The notes under the pieces were generated by a model, which worked only from the letters and a program-made list of their open reading frames with translations, ran no database searches and was not told where the DNA came from. The position numbers and the translations under genes are program-made. DNA of 61,362 bases, counting the filler. It is 8 parts of 8 records of this genome, joined end to end, with 100 filler letters (N's around TTAATTAATTAA, not from the genome) between each part and the next. Parts side by side here need not be neighbours in the genome. Positions count along the whole stretch, not along the records: positions 1 to 11,895 come from SRR31147125_23090; positions 11,996 to 17,970 come from SRR31147125_23100; positions 18,071 to 23,535 come from SRR31147125_23109; 5 more parts are not named here. One strand, written 5' to 3'. Below are positions 8,796 through 19,469 of this stretch, in pieces (position 1 is the first letter of the stretch; each line of letters starts with the position of its first letter).

Positions 8796-10484
8796 ATGAT
8801 TAATCTGAAAGAGAAACCTTTTTATTTATCAGACGATGATATTAACTGGGTGTCAAGTACAATTAAAGAAATGACTTTAGAGGAGAAAATCGGGCAATTA
8901 TTCTGCCCTATCGGTGATTATATTGATGTTGATACTCTGCTAAAACTAAATGTCGGCGGTGTTATGTATCAGCCTATTAATGCTAATGAATTAAGAGGCA
9001 AATATATAGCTATACAGGAAAAAGCTAAAATACCGTTCTTGTTAGCTGCAAACACTGAATACGGCGGAATAGGCGTAACTACTGACGGCACAAATTTTGC
9101 AAAGCCTATGCAAGTGGCTGCTACTGATGACGAAAAGCAAGCATATAGGCTAGGCTACATAGCCTGCGCTGAGACTGCTGCAATGGGTGGAAACTGGTCA
9201 TTTGCTCCTGTAATAGACATTGATTATAACTTTCAAAACCCAATTACCAATATACGCACCTACGGCAGTAATCCTGATAAAATATTAAAAATGGCAAGAC
9301 AATTTATAAAAGGTGCCAATGAATCAAAAATTGCAACTACCATAAAGCATTTCCCAGGTGACGGCATGGACGATAGAGACCAGCATCTGCATATTACAGT
9401 AAACAGTCTTTCCACAGAAGCATGGATGAAGACTTATGGTCATCTATATAAAGAATTGATATCCGAAGGAGCCCAGACAGTAATGGTAGGACACATAGCA
9501 CAGCCTGCTTGGGCAAAAAAAATCAATCCTAATATAAGCGATAAAGAATCATATTGGCCTGCAACGCTATCAAAAGAATTAATGCAAGGGTTATTAAGAG
9601 ACAAATGCGGGTTTAATGGCATGATAGTCAGCGATGCTACTACAATGCTGGGCTTTACAAGTGCTATGCCTCGCTCGCAAGCTGTTCCCTACAGTATCAT
9701 GTGTGGTATTGATATGTTCTTGTTTAACACAAATCTAAAAGAAGATTATGGTTTTATGCTTAATGGCTATAAAAATGGTATATTAACTGAGAGTCGTTTA
9801 ATTGAAGCATTACAAAGAATATTAGGATTAAAAGCCTCTTTGAAATTGCATAAAAAGAAACAAAAAAATTCATTGATTCCAGACATCAAAAATCTTGAAA
9901 AATTAAAATGCCCTCAATTTACAGAGTGGGCAAAAGAGTGTGCCGATAAATCCGTAACTTTAGTTAAAGATACTGCATCATTGCTGCCGCTAAATCCAAA
10001 AACTCATCCCCGAATTGCACTCCTTTCTATGGAAAGTGAAGGCCGTGCTGGAGATTCTGGCGGCTGTATCGTGGATTTTAAAAAAGCACTTCAAGCAGAA
10101 GGTTTTATAGTGGACGAACCTAAAGACTTGTCTATTCTTAAACCTAACGGATCAACTATAAGCGAAATAAAGCAGCGCTATAACCTTGTCGTTTATTGTT
10201 TTAACTTGCAAACCATATCAAACCAAACTTCTGTAAGATTAAATTGGAAACAGTTCCCTGATTGTGTTTTTCCTTGGTTCGAACCAGAAGTTCCTACAAT
10301 AGCTGTAAGTTTTGCTAACCCTTATCACCTTTATGATGCGCCAGAGTTTAAAACATTTATTAACGCTTACAACCATAACTTGTATACCGTTAACAGTGTA
10401 GTTGAAAAAATTGTAGGAAAGAGCACGTTTATGGGTAAAAGCCCTATCGATGCGTTTTGCGGAATGAAAGTAAGTGAATTTTAA
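8796..10484 (+). CDS. Glycoside hydrolase family 3 (beta-N-acetylhexosaminidase/beta-glucoside phosphorylase-like)
   Basis: MTLEEKIGQLF, FAPVID, KHFPGDGMDDRDQH and FNGMIVSDA (nucleophile Asp); no signal peptide. Confidence 0.92.
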   Translation: MINLKEKPFYLSDDDINWVSSTIKEMTLEEKIGQLFCPIGDYIDVDTLLKLNVGGVMYQPINANELRGKYIAIQEKAKIPFLLAANTEYGGIGVTTDGTNFAKPMQVAATDDEKQAYRLGYIACAETAAMGGNWSFAPVIDIDYNFQNPITNIRTYGSNPDKILKMARQFIKGANESKIATTIKHFPGDGMDDRDQHLHITVNSLSTEAWMKTYGHLYKELISEGAQTVMVGHIAQPAWAKKINPNISDKESYWPATLSKELMQGLLRDKCGFNGMIVSDATTMLGFTSAMPRSQAVPYSIMCGIDMFLFNTNLKEDYGFMLNGYKNGILTESRLIEALQRILGLKASLKLHKKKQKNSLIPDIKNLEKLKCPQFTEWAKECADKSVTLVKDTASLLPLNPKTHPRIALLSMESEGRAGDSGGCIVDFKKALQAEGFIVDEPKDLSILKPNGSTISEIKQRYNLVVYCFNLQTISNQTSVRLNWKQFPDCVFPWFEPEVPTIAVSFANPYHLYDAPEFKTFINAYNHNLYTVNSVVEKIVGKSTFMGKSPIDAFCGMKVSEF

Positions 10485-10770
10485 GATTAGAGTAAGTGGA
10501 AAATAGTGTACACTTTTTTCGCATCTTGTATCGTATGTATACAGTGCACCGCGTCATGCACTCTACAACATGTACTATGCTTTTTAAATAAAATGATTAA
10601 TGGGTTGTACGGGAAAAAAGGACAGCCCATTAATCATATAAGGAAACAAAAAACGAGCTATATAAATTATTGTTCTGGTAAAGAACCCCCGTTATATTAT
10701 TATAGATATTTGATAAAAATGAAATTGACCTCATGATTTTTTGAAACGGTCACTATATCCAATTGCAATC

Positions 10771-10800
10771 AAAAAAAGCGGCAATCCTAGAAAAGCCGCT
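10771..10800 (-). terminator. Probable intrinsic terminator downstream of the RidA-family gene
   Basis: The minus strand reads AGCGGC-loop-GCCGCT followed by a T run. Confidence 0.5.
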
Positions 10801-10942
10801 ATAAAATTTTTATGTGTTAGATAAAACAAAGATGCAAATAAGCTACGAAAATATTATTTACCTTGTAGATGATGTATATCCAATTGATAAAAATATCTCC
10901 ATTATTCCTGCTGATTTAAAATGCAAAAGTGTTATCTAGTTA

Positions 10943-11323
10943 TTATGATACAGCCACAACAGCCTCAATTTCAATCTTCACACCAAGAGGCAGTGCACTT
11001 ACCTCTACAACTGCTCTTGCAGGGTAATTATCTATAAACACTGTTTTGTATACTTCATTAATATCACCAAACTTCGTCATATCTGTAGTAAATATATTTA
11101 CCTTAATTACATCAGATATAGTAGCATTTGCTTCCTCTATAATCGCCTTTATATTAGCAAGAGATTGAGCAGTCTGTTTTGATATATCGTCACATTCCAC
11201 TTTTCCTGTTTTAGGATTTATTGGCACTTGCCCAGATATATACATAAACCCATTTGATATAACTGCTTGATTATATGCACCAATTGCTGCAGGTGCATTT
11301 TTTGTTGCAATAATTTTTTTCAT
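10943..11323 (-). CDS. ridA: RidA/YjgF/UK114 family imine deaminase
   Basis: APAAIGAYNQA, YISGQVP and PARAVVEVSALPLGVKIEIEA. Start moved to ATG 11323 after AAAGGA. Confidence 0.93.
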   Translation of the reverse strand: MKKIIATKNAPAAIGAYNQAVISNGFMYISGQVPINPKTGKVECDDISKQTAQSLANIKAIIEEANATISDVIKVNIFTTDMTKFGDINEVYKTVFIDNYPARAVVEVSALPLGVKIEIEAVVAVS

Positions 11324-11410
11324 TCTTATTCCTTTCAATATTTAATATTACTTAAGCTGGCTAATTATAAATATTTTATCTAGTTTTTGCTAAAATAATG
11401 ATGAATATTT

Positions 11411-11895
11411 TTAATCTATACATTCATTTATTGCTTTAAAAATAAGCATACCAACTGTTGCGCCACCGTCTACATTACCAATTGATTTCTCTTGATAATA
11501 TGCTGCTCTTCCATGTACAGCCATCATCTCTTTGGTTTTTTCCATTCCTGCATACGCACCGTCTGCCGCCTTTTGTGCAGCTTCTTTTAGTGACACATCG
11601 TCAGCACATTCATTAAGTGCGTCCAATGCTCCACCGATTGAGTCAAGTATGGTTTTTTCACCGCGTTTAGATCCTGCACGTGAGCATATACCATCTAAAC
11701 CACCTTGTACAAAATCTCTATACTCTGCAACGCCAAGGCTGTCTTTCCCACTTATAGCCTTTGCTCCACCCATCATTGCAGCACTTAAAATAGTACCTAA
11801 AGATGAAGGTGAATGCTCATTTATTGCCATTGCTGCTTTTAATATTACTTTTTTAGGTTCAGCTGTTGCAGTGTCCATTCCTTTTAGCTCATCTA
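11411..11895 (-). CDS. dhaL: Dihydroxyacetone kinase subunit L (DAK2 domain); 5' end truncated by contig end
   Basis: GEKTILD, GRAAY and DGGAT DAK2 motifs. Confidence 0.88.
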
Positions 11896-11995
11896 NNNNN
11901 NNNNNNNNNNNNNNNNNNNNNNNNNNNNNNNNNNNNNNNTTAATTAATTAANNNNNNNNNNNNNNNNNNNNNNNNNNNNNNNNNNNNNNNNNNNN
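11896..11995. other. Artificial contig spacer
   Basis: N44-TTAATTAATTAA-N44, which places stops in all six frames. Confidence 0.99.
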
Positions 11996-12475
11996 ATCTC
12001 GGCTCGGATCTTCAATTTCGAGCTCTGATTTTATAGAATTTTACAGCCTGTAAGATGTTGATATGTCTAATGTTTTGCGATTCTCGGCGTTTTTGCTGTT
12101 AAAAATCAACCTGATTTTTATGCCCTATGAATGCATAGCTAGTGCAATAAAAATACCACTGGATGACATGTAAGTGACATGGAAATACACAACAAAGTAC
12201 AAGAAAAAGGACAACAAATCCGGGGGTAAAAGTGTAAAGATTCTTTACACTTGTGAGGCTGGAAACCTCTCCGAATAATGCTAAATTGCGCTTTTTTAAA
12301 GTTGGGGCAATGTTTCCGACTTGCTCCAGCACAAGCATTTTACAGGAGGGGTTTGAAGCTCAAAAAATAAACAGAACTTTTTAGCAATAAGAACTTGATT
12401 TTAATTCGCTTTTTCATTAAATCTGGTTTGCCAACTCGGCGTTATTAAATCTGGAACCCAAAAAAGGAAATAGCA

Positions 12476-14122
12476 TTGAAAAATTCACAAAATCGTATTC
12501 TTGTTTTGCTGTTCGTAATTCTCCTCGTATTTGGCTGCGAAAGCAGTTCGGATGATAAAAACCAAAGCGATGGAGATGTGGAATCAGGCGAAACATCAGA
12601 TGGTGACATTGACATGGAATCGGATGGTGATTCTGAAAATGAATCCGATATCGAGCTATTGCCGAACAAGCTTGCTTTTCATGTAGAACGTAAAGCCGCC
12701 GGTGAACCTCTTTCCAAACAAGAGCTGGAACAAGTCGCCAAAACTGTTACCGGATTCTGGAATAAAGTGAATTATTTTGAATGGGTCGATTTGACAAGTT
12801 ATGGAATGGCAAAGGAAAACGAGTGGAATTATCCGGACTACAAAATCTGGTGGCAAAACACAGTTGCTGTAAAAAAAGATGATCTGGTGACTTTCCGTCA
12901 TACAGGTGGAGCCGATAATGTAATGCTTCGTATGGCCAGATTGATGACCTACACAATGGCCGGATATCACGCTACCGGAGAAGAACGGCTTAAACAAATA
13001 AGCATTTCGTATCTGCGCGGAATCAGGGCTCTTTTCGATGCCGGTGTCTGGGGTGATGAAGATCCTGTAATCGATACAATTATGCTCAGAGCAATTTTCA
13101 ACCACAGTCATGGATTTGTTCAGGAAGGCGATCGTAAAACCTACATAGATTATGAGCCTGTAAAATTTGAAGATATTGCTAGACGGCACGACACTTTGCA
13201 TAACCCCAAAAATCCGACATGGGGCGACATCTGGGTACGGACGAAAAGATCCAAAGACGATGTTCCGTTTTTATACCGCATGACACCTCTGATGATGCGA
13301 ATTATCGAACAAAGTGACGATGCCGAATTTGTAAATGAAGTGGAAATGACTTTGAAGATGATCGAGGCTTTTGCTAAAGATATTCTGGATCATGATTACG
13401 TTATTCGCACAAAAGATGGCAATGGAAAACCGTTTTCTCCTATGTATCAGGATAAGCCGGATGACTACTCCACCTTTACGAATTACGATGCTATCTGGCC
13501 TCTTGCCGAGTGTAACGCAAAACTGGTAACAGCCTTGATTGCAGAAAAAAATGATGGTGGCAATAAATGCGAACAGGGAAGTGGTGGCGGATATGAACCG
13601 GTTACGATAGCATCGCATTATTGGTCAACGGCAATTATTCAATATTTTCATATCGCCGCTGTTGCCAGCGCACTTATTGAAGGTGAAAACGATATCGCAT
13701 ATGAACTCGTCAAAGGACTCGCAACCAGAGGCGATATTCAGATCCATGACGATGAGGGAAGAAAAACCACAGAAGAATGGGATGCCGATGCTGCAATGTT
13801 TCTCATTACCAGTGCTTCTTACGGATTGCCTTTGACGGCTGAAGAAACACGCTTTATCAAGCATGAACTTGAACGAGGAATAGCTCATTATCTGGAATTT
13901 CCATATTGGGATCTTTGGAGCAAATCCATACCTGATGGAGAATATGATTATCTGCCAAGCAAAGTAATGCCGACCGAGCAACCACAATCACAAAACAGGG
14001 TATTCCGACCTATTGAAATTCCGGTTGTTTTTGAATACTGCGAATCTCCATTCAGAGATCCGAAATCCGAACAATTCATTGATTGCGATATAGTTCTTGA
14101 TCCTGAAAAATGGGGTAAATAG
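12476..14122 (+). CDS. Hypothetical lipoprotein, 548 aa, with an acidic DGD-repeat linker
   Basis: TTG start after AAGGA, signal peptide ending VFGC, then SDGDVESGETSDGDIDMESDGDSE; long ORF with no family I recognise. Confidence 0.8.
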   Translation: MKNSQNRILVLLFVILLVFGCESSSDDKNQSDGDVESGETSDGDIDMESDGDSENESDIELLPNKLAFHVERKAAGEPLSKQELEQVAKTVTGFWNKVNYFEWVDLTSYGMAKENEWNYPDYKIWWQNTVAVKKDDLVTFRHTGGADNVMLRMARLMTYTMAGYHATGEERLKQISISYLRGIRALFDAGVWGDEDPVIDTIMLRAIFNHSHGFVQEGDRKTYIDYEPVKFEDIARRHDTLHNPKNPTWGDIWVRTKRSKDDVPFLYRMTPLMMRIIEQSDDAEFVNEVEMTLKMIEAFAKDILDHDYVIRTKDGNGKPFSPMYQDKPDDYSTFTNYDAIWPLAECNAKLVTALIAEKNDGGNKCEQGSGGGYEPVTIASHYWSTAIIQYFHIAAVASALIEGENDIAYELVKGLATRGDIQIHDDEGRKTTEEWDADAAMFLITSASYGLPLTAEETRFIKHELERGIAHYLEFPYWDLWSKSIPDGEYDYLPSKVMPTEQPQSQNRVFRPIEIPVVFEYCESPFRDPKSEQFIDCDIVLDPEKWGK

Positions 14123-14135
14123 AGAAGAATTCTGG

Positions 14136-14561
14136 CTAGTTATTCGTTTCCTTGATGGTTTCCGTATTTACATGCTTGAAAACGTGTTGAAGTCCTTTGG
14201 AAAGAAATTCGCCTGCAACATACATGTAGGCCTGTAATTTGTCGCCCACAGAGGTTTCGACTTCCTGAACAATGCGAACATATCTGCTTTCCTGTGGATT
14301 GTCGTGATTGAAATCCTCAAGATAATCGAAAATCGGCAGCAGAATATCAAGCTCGTCATAAAAACAAAGCTCGCCTTCGATAAGGTCTTTGCCGTTTGCT
14401 ACTATTTCCGAATAGCCGTGAGAATCAAGAAAGAGAGTGCCTTTGGTAGTGGCTTTTACGCTGTTGGTTGAATTTGCCATCAAGTGGCTTATAGAGCCAT
14501 CTTTGTTGGCAGGTCGATAAACAAAAACTCCAACAGGCAATTTACTTTGATGCTCGGACAT
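14136..14561 (-). CDS. Gamma-glutamylcyclotransferase (AIG2-like) family protein, divergent
   Basis: VFVY start motif, KGTLF, IEGEL, FDYLED...YVR and AYMYV; GAGG RBS before ATG 14561. Confidence 0.6.
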   Translation of the reverse strand: MSEHQSKLPVGVFVYRPANKDGSISHLMANSTNSVKATTKGTLFLDSHGYSEIVANGKDLIEGELCFYDELDILLPIFDYLEDFNHDNPQESRYVRIVQEVETSVGDKLQAYMYVAGEFLSKGLQHVFKHVNTETIKETNN

Positions 14562-14698
14562 AATTATCCTCATTAAGAAATGCAGCCATCCTACATACTT
14601 TGCATATTAACATGACATTTAAAGGGATTTTATAATTAATTGCAAGCAAAAAATTGACTTTGATGTAATATTTTGTTTGAAGAGATATTTGAAGCATG

Positions 14699-14734
14699 AA
14701 AAAAGCCACTCTCTGTAATTTGAGAGCGGCTTTT
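14699..14734 (-). terminator. Intrinsic terminator after the M32 carboxypeptidase
   Basis: Inverted repeat AAAAGCC(A)CTCTC...GAGAG(C)GGCTTTT with flanking A/T runs, about 25 nt past the stop. Confidence 0.7.
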
Positions 14735-14758
14735 ATTATCTGGTTTTCCTGTGTATTT

Positions 14759-16264
14759 CTACCAGCTTACATTATAAAGCTTCTGGAAACGTTCCTTGAG
14801 GTAATCACCGAAATGTTCAGCATTCAGTGTTTCACCGGAAATCATTTCTGTTAATTCATTTGCTGTATAACGTCTTCCATGCTGATGGATTTTTTCTTTT
14901 AGCCAATTGCGGATTCTAAGGAAATTGCCTCGCTCGATTTCAGCATCTACATTGATATCTTTCTTTAGTGCCGACATCCACTGAGCGGAATAAAGATTTC
15001 CAAGTAAGTAAGTCGGGAAATAACCGAAGCCACCGAATGACCAATGAATATCCTGCAAAACTCCATGTGAATCTTTATCAGGTCTGATGCCAAGATAGGC
15101 TTCCATTTTATCGTTCCAAAGCTCTGGCAATTCGGAAACCTTTACGCTGCCCTCGAAGAGAGCTTTTTCTATTTCGTAACGAACGATAATATGCAAATTG
15201 TAGGTGACTTCATCTGCTTCCACACGAATGAAAGTAGGTGTTACGTTATTTATTGCAAAATGGAAATCTTTCAAACTTACATTCTTGAGAGCTTCCGGGA
15301 ATACTTGCTGAAGTTTGGGATAATAGTAACGCCAGAATGGCAAGCCTCTACCAATCTGGTTTTCCCAGAATCTGGATTGTGACTCATGAAATCCGAGTGA
15401 CAAAGCAGATGCGAGTGGTGTACCCCATTTTTCCTGATTCAGTCCAAGTTCATAAAGTGCGTGACCTGCTTCGTGAATCGAACCGAAAAGCGCACCGGGT
15501 AGCCAGTTTTTGTCATAACGAGTAGTGATACGTACATCATTAATGTCAAATGAAGTCGTAAACGGATGAACAGCTTCATCAAGACGACCAGCTTCAAAAT
15601 CATAACCAATATCTTCAACAACCATTTTGCTGAATTTCTTTTGTCCTTCGACATCGAAGTTTGCAAGAATAATATTGATGTCCGGCTTTTGATCCGACTC
15701 TGTTATCGCTTTTACCGCAGGAACTATAATATCTCTTGTTTTGCTTAAAACAGGATCAAGTTGTTTGGTTGTTGCACCAGGCTCGAACTGATCCAGCAAA
15801 GCGTCGTATGGAGAACCATCGCTTGCATATCCAAGAGCCTCGGCTTCACGTTTTTTAAGTTCGACCAATTTTTCGAGCAATGGAGCAAACTTCGCGAAAT
15901 CATTCTCTTTTCTCGCTTCAACCCAAACCATATGCGCCTTGCCAGATGTTTCGGCAATTTCCCGAACTAGATCGGCAGGAACTTTAACGGCTTTGTCATA
16001 ATCCCGTCTTGCTTCCCGAACGAGTGCTTTTTGCTCATCGTCGAGACTCGCTTCGGCTTCACAATTGGAAATCAATTCACCAACCAAATCTTCACTGGCT
16101 TTTTGATGTGCTAAAGCTGTCAAAAGTGCCATTTGTCTCGAACGCGCGTCGTTGCCTTTGGGCGGCATATTCGTTTGCTGATCCCATTCCAAAACCGCTT
16201 CGGCATGACGTAAATCGCTGATGCCTTGAAGGCGGGCAACTAATTGATCGTAATTTTCGCTCAT
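14759..16264 (-). CDS. Carboxypeptidase Taq (M32 family)
   Basis: WDQQTNMP, HPF, DVRITT, HEAGH, HESQ, IRVEADE, QDIHW and GYFPTY; RBS AGGAG. Confidence 0.97.
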   Translation of the reverse strand: MSENYDQLVARLQGISDLRHAEAVLEWDQQTNMPPKGNDARSRQMALLTALAHQKASEDLVGELISNCEAEASLDDEQKALVREARRDYDKAVKVPADLVREIAETSGKAHMVWVEARKENDFAKFAPLLEKLVELKKREAEALGYASDGSPYDALLDQFEPGATTKQLDPVLSKTRDIIVPAVKAITESDQKPDINIILANFDVEGQKKFSKMVVEDIGYDFEAGRLDEAVHPFTTSFDINDVRITTRYDKNWLPGALFGSIHEAGHALYELGLNQEKWGTPLASALSLGFHESQSRFWENQIGRGLPFWRYYYPKLQQVFPEALKNVSLKDFHFAINNVTPTFIRVEADEVTYNLHIIVRYEIEKALFEGSVKVSELPELWNDKMEAYLGIRPDKDSHGVLQDIHWSFGGFGYFPTYLLGNLYSAQWMSALKKDINVDAEIERGNFLRIRNWLKEKIHQHGRRYTANELTEMISGETLNAEHFGDYLKERFQKLYNVSW

Positions 16265-16492
16265 CTCTTCCTCCTGGAAAGGAGTTAAACTATATAAACT
16301 TTTATAAAATTATATAATTAATTCATAAAACTTATCAAGAAATATTTAATAAAAACAACATTTTAATTATGTTTGCTTTTATCAAACTATGTTTCGTGAT
16401 ATAAAAATTGACGATTCTTGCTGAAATATCCGACAACATTAAAAATTTTACACAAAATATTTTTATCAATCTATATCGATATGGAATTGAAT

Positions 16493-17970
16493 ATGTCTTA
16501 TAATATCAATATCTTACGAGCCTTGAGTTTGGCGGTTTCTCTTCTGATTTCCTGCTTTTTATTGGCAAATTGTACCAGTGAAAGCACAGACAATGACACA
16601 GATGGTGATGTGGATGTACCTGATAATGACATGAAAGAGGAAAACAATTACGCAACAATTGACATGAAAAATCTGAGCTTTGTTCGCTCTGAAAAAGGGC
16701 GGTTAATCGATGAATATGGAAGACAAATCATTCTTCGTGGGATGAACGCTCGCATCAATGGCGTTTTTGATGTGAGCTTCGATGATGGTCGAAAAACCCT
16801 CGAACCTATCCCAAAGTTCGACGAAACCGATATCAAGCATATGCAAAAACTAGGCTATAATTTTCTGCGTCTTTGCATGAACTGGAGTGGCTTGGAACCA
16901 AAGGAAGGCGAGTTTTCGGAAGACTACCTAAAAGAAGTAGACAGGATAGTGAAGCTTGCAACTGATGCCGGAATCTATGTCCTTATTGATTTTCATCAGG
17001 ATGCATATTCCAAGGAAATCGGAGAAGATGGCGCACCGCTTTGGGCGATAGTTCCAGAACCAACCGAACTTCTCGAAGGGCCAATGCATGATTTAAATAG
17101 CAGACGTCAATCATCACAGGTGCTTGAAGCTTTCAGGAGCTTTTTCGATAACGTAGATAATTTGCAGGACAGATTTTTGCCTGCATGGAAAAAGATGATT
17201 GAAATTTACAAGGATCATCCGGGAGTAATCGGATTTGAAAACATGAACGAACCGGTTGCATTGCACATAAGCAAAGGCAACGAAAAACTTGAGGCTTTTC
17301 ACGAAAAAACTGCCAAAGCGATGCGGGAAATCGACAAAAAGCACATTTTTTGGCTGGAACCGGAATCCGGGATACGAAATCAGTTTTTGTATTATCCTTT
17401 GCGAGAAGAACTTTTTCCTGACGATAACATCATTTATCAACCTCATTTGTATCCTCGCGGAGATTATCGAAGCTATGATGAATGGGTTTCTTTCCTCACG
17501 GAAACTATCGACCTGATGATAACAGAAGGCAAATCTTTTGGCGGCACCGTTATAGTCGGCGAGTGGGGAGTGCATCCGGAATATGAAAAAGCACCATATT
17601 ACATCGAAGCTGTGCAGGATATGTTTGAAGAAAGACAGATCGGTTTTGCCTGGTGGGTCTGGAAAGAAAATAGTCAGGGAAGCTGGGGACTTTTCGATTA
17701 TGACGAAACAAGCGACAAGTGGACACTTAGGGAAGGAAAAAGCATGGACTTGCTAATTCGCCCCACAGCCTTGGCAATCGGCGGAAAACTTGAAACACAA
17801 AAATACGACGATGATAGTAAAACTTTGACGATAAAATACGAATCCAAAGGTGATGAAGAACCGACTTTACTCTTTTTGCCTGAGCGACATTATCCTGGCG
17901 GATTTTCTATTGAGATGGATGGAAAAGCCGTCGAGTTTACATTCGATAAAGATATGGATCGGGCACTTTT
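16493..17970 (+). CDS. GH5 endoglycoceramidase-like lipoprotein; 3' end truncated
   Basis: Lipobox LANC, DEYGRQIILRGMN, WSGLEP, IDFHQD, NEP (acid/base) and VGEWG (nucleophile). Start is uncertain (16481 or 16493). Confidence 0.88.
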
Positions 17971-18070
17971 NNNNNNNNNNNNNNNNNNNNNNNNNNNNNN
18001 NNNNNNNNNNNNNNTTAATTAATTAANNNNNNNNNNNNNNNNNNNNNNNNNNNNNNNNNNNNNNNNNNNN
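17971..18070. other. Artificial contig spacer
   Basis: N44-TTAATTAATTAA-N44. Confidence 0.99.
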
Positions 18071-18282
18071 GATATGGGAGAGTAGGGATAGCCTTTCTTT
18101 ACAAAATGTTGTATGAGGGGGAACTTGAAGAGAAATATAAAAACGAATTTGATTATTGGTTATCAGGTTATGATGCATTAGATATTAGTGTTAGAGATAA
18201 CTTAAATATAAAAAATAATTATTCAGAATATGTTTTCGGTTTGTTGGAAGGTTATGCCGGAATCATTTTAACCACCCTGTAA
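18071..18282 (+). CDS. C-terminal end of a LanC-like (lanthionine synthetase C-like) protein; 5' end truncated
   Basis: Not in the ORF track. The frame from 18073 reads YGRVGIAFLYKMLY...FDYWL...FGLLEGYAGIILTTL*. GLLEGxAGI is the typical last LanC alpha/alpha-barrel repeat. The stop is 1 nt before the next ATG. Confidence 0.7.
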
Positions 18283-18283
18283 A

Positions 18284-19465
18284 ATGAGTAAAGTTAATTG
18301 GATTATTTTGTCAAGTAAAGATCGTGGAAATGAATATGGAGTAGGGTCATTTATTAAACATTTTTCAATGGGTCTTGCAGAAAGAGAGGATATTAATGTC
18401 TACATTCTTGATATTATTAGTAACTCAAGTCATGATTTCAAAATCCAACTAAAAGAAGGCGTTCACATATTAACGTTTCCAATTGCATCAAGCCTTGAAG
18501 GAATTGATTACGTTGGTAAGCAAGAAAAGATTGCAAAGGGAATTGCCGTGGTTGTTTCTTTAATTATTCCAAGCGGAGGTTCGAATGTAATCCACATGAA
18601 CTATTTGTTCCAGTTTTTTATCGCTCGTGAATTGAAAAGAATTATAGAAGGAAGAGTTTTGTTCACTCAACACGTATTTCTTCTGGATGAAAAGATAAAT
18701 AAGGATGTATTTGACATAGAATTTGCTACTTATGATTTGGTAGATGTAATTGCCACTGTTACTAAACATGGAAAAGATCATTTGGTAAAAAAAGGAGTAT
18801 CTGAAGAAAAAGTCAAAGTTATTTATAATGGGATTGATCCTCGCCTTTTTGATTTTGATTCGTATGGAGAAATCAACATCTCAAAGAAATACGGGTTATC
18901 ATCCAACGAAAAGATCATTTTATATAGTGGTCGAATAGATGGAATTAAGGGACTTAGGTTTTTATGCTCTGCAATGGATCTATTAATTAAGGATTATCAG
19001 CAAGTAAGACTACTTATAGCTGGGAGCGGTGATTTTGAGAAATTAATTAGCTACTCAAGTTCATTCTCTTCTAATATTTCATTTCTTGGATTCGTTCCTT
19101 TTTCTGATCTGTTGATATTATATAAATTAGCCCATGTCGGTGTAATGCCTTCACTTCAAGAACATTGTAGTTATGTGGCCTTGGAGATGCTACATTGCGG
19201 ACTTCCGGTTGTTGCTTCAAATATCGGAGGCTTAAAGGAAATTTTTATTCACAATAAAAATGCACTTCTAACAGAAATGATAGAGGATAAATCAAATCTA
19301 TTTGGGGTTTCTCCAGATGTTTTAACGTTGAAGAATCAACTATCCAGACTCTTAGAGGATGAGAATTTACGCAGGAGCTTTGCGAAAAGATCAATAATTC
19401 GTGCATTAGATATGTTCACTTGTGAAAAAATGATTGAAGGGTACATTCAAACCCTTAAAATTTGA
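18284..19465 (+). CDS. GT4 glycosyltransferase resembling the Bacteroidales GG-peptide system glycosyltransferase (TIGR04157-like)
   Basis: N-terminal YGVGSF, IHMNY, VIYNGID, YSGRIDGIKG and PSLQEHCSYVALEM (EX7E); RiPP context. Confidence 0.88.
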   Translation: MSKVNWIILSSKDRGNEYGVGSFIKHFSMGLAEREDINVYILDIISNSSHDFKIQLKEGVHILTFPIASSLEGIDYVGKQEKIAKGIAVVVSLIIPSGGSNVIHMNYLFQFFIARELKRIIEGRVLFTQHVFLLDEKINKDVFDIEFATYDLVDVIATVTKHGKDHLVKKGVSEEKVKVIYNGIDPRLFDFDSYGEINISKKYGLSSNEKIILYSGRIDGIKGLRFLCSAMDLLIKDYQQVRLLIAGSGDFEKLISYSSSFSSNISFLGFVPFSDLLILYKLAHVGVMPSLQEHCSYVALEMLHCGLPVVASNIGGLKEIFIHNKNALLTEMIEDKSNLFGVSPDVLTLKNQLSRLLEDENLRRSFAKRSIIRALDMFTCEKMIEGYIQTLKI

Positions 19466-19469
19466 TGTT

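Noticed and set aside
10506-10736. 76-aa ORF after GH3
   Set aside because: No recognisable motif or clear RBS; probably intergenic.
11940-11951. Recurring TTAATTAATTAA as a biological repeat or CRISPR-like element
   Set aside because: It is always centred in N runs of fixed length, so it is an assembly linker.
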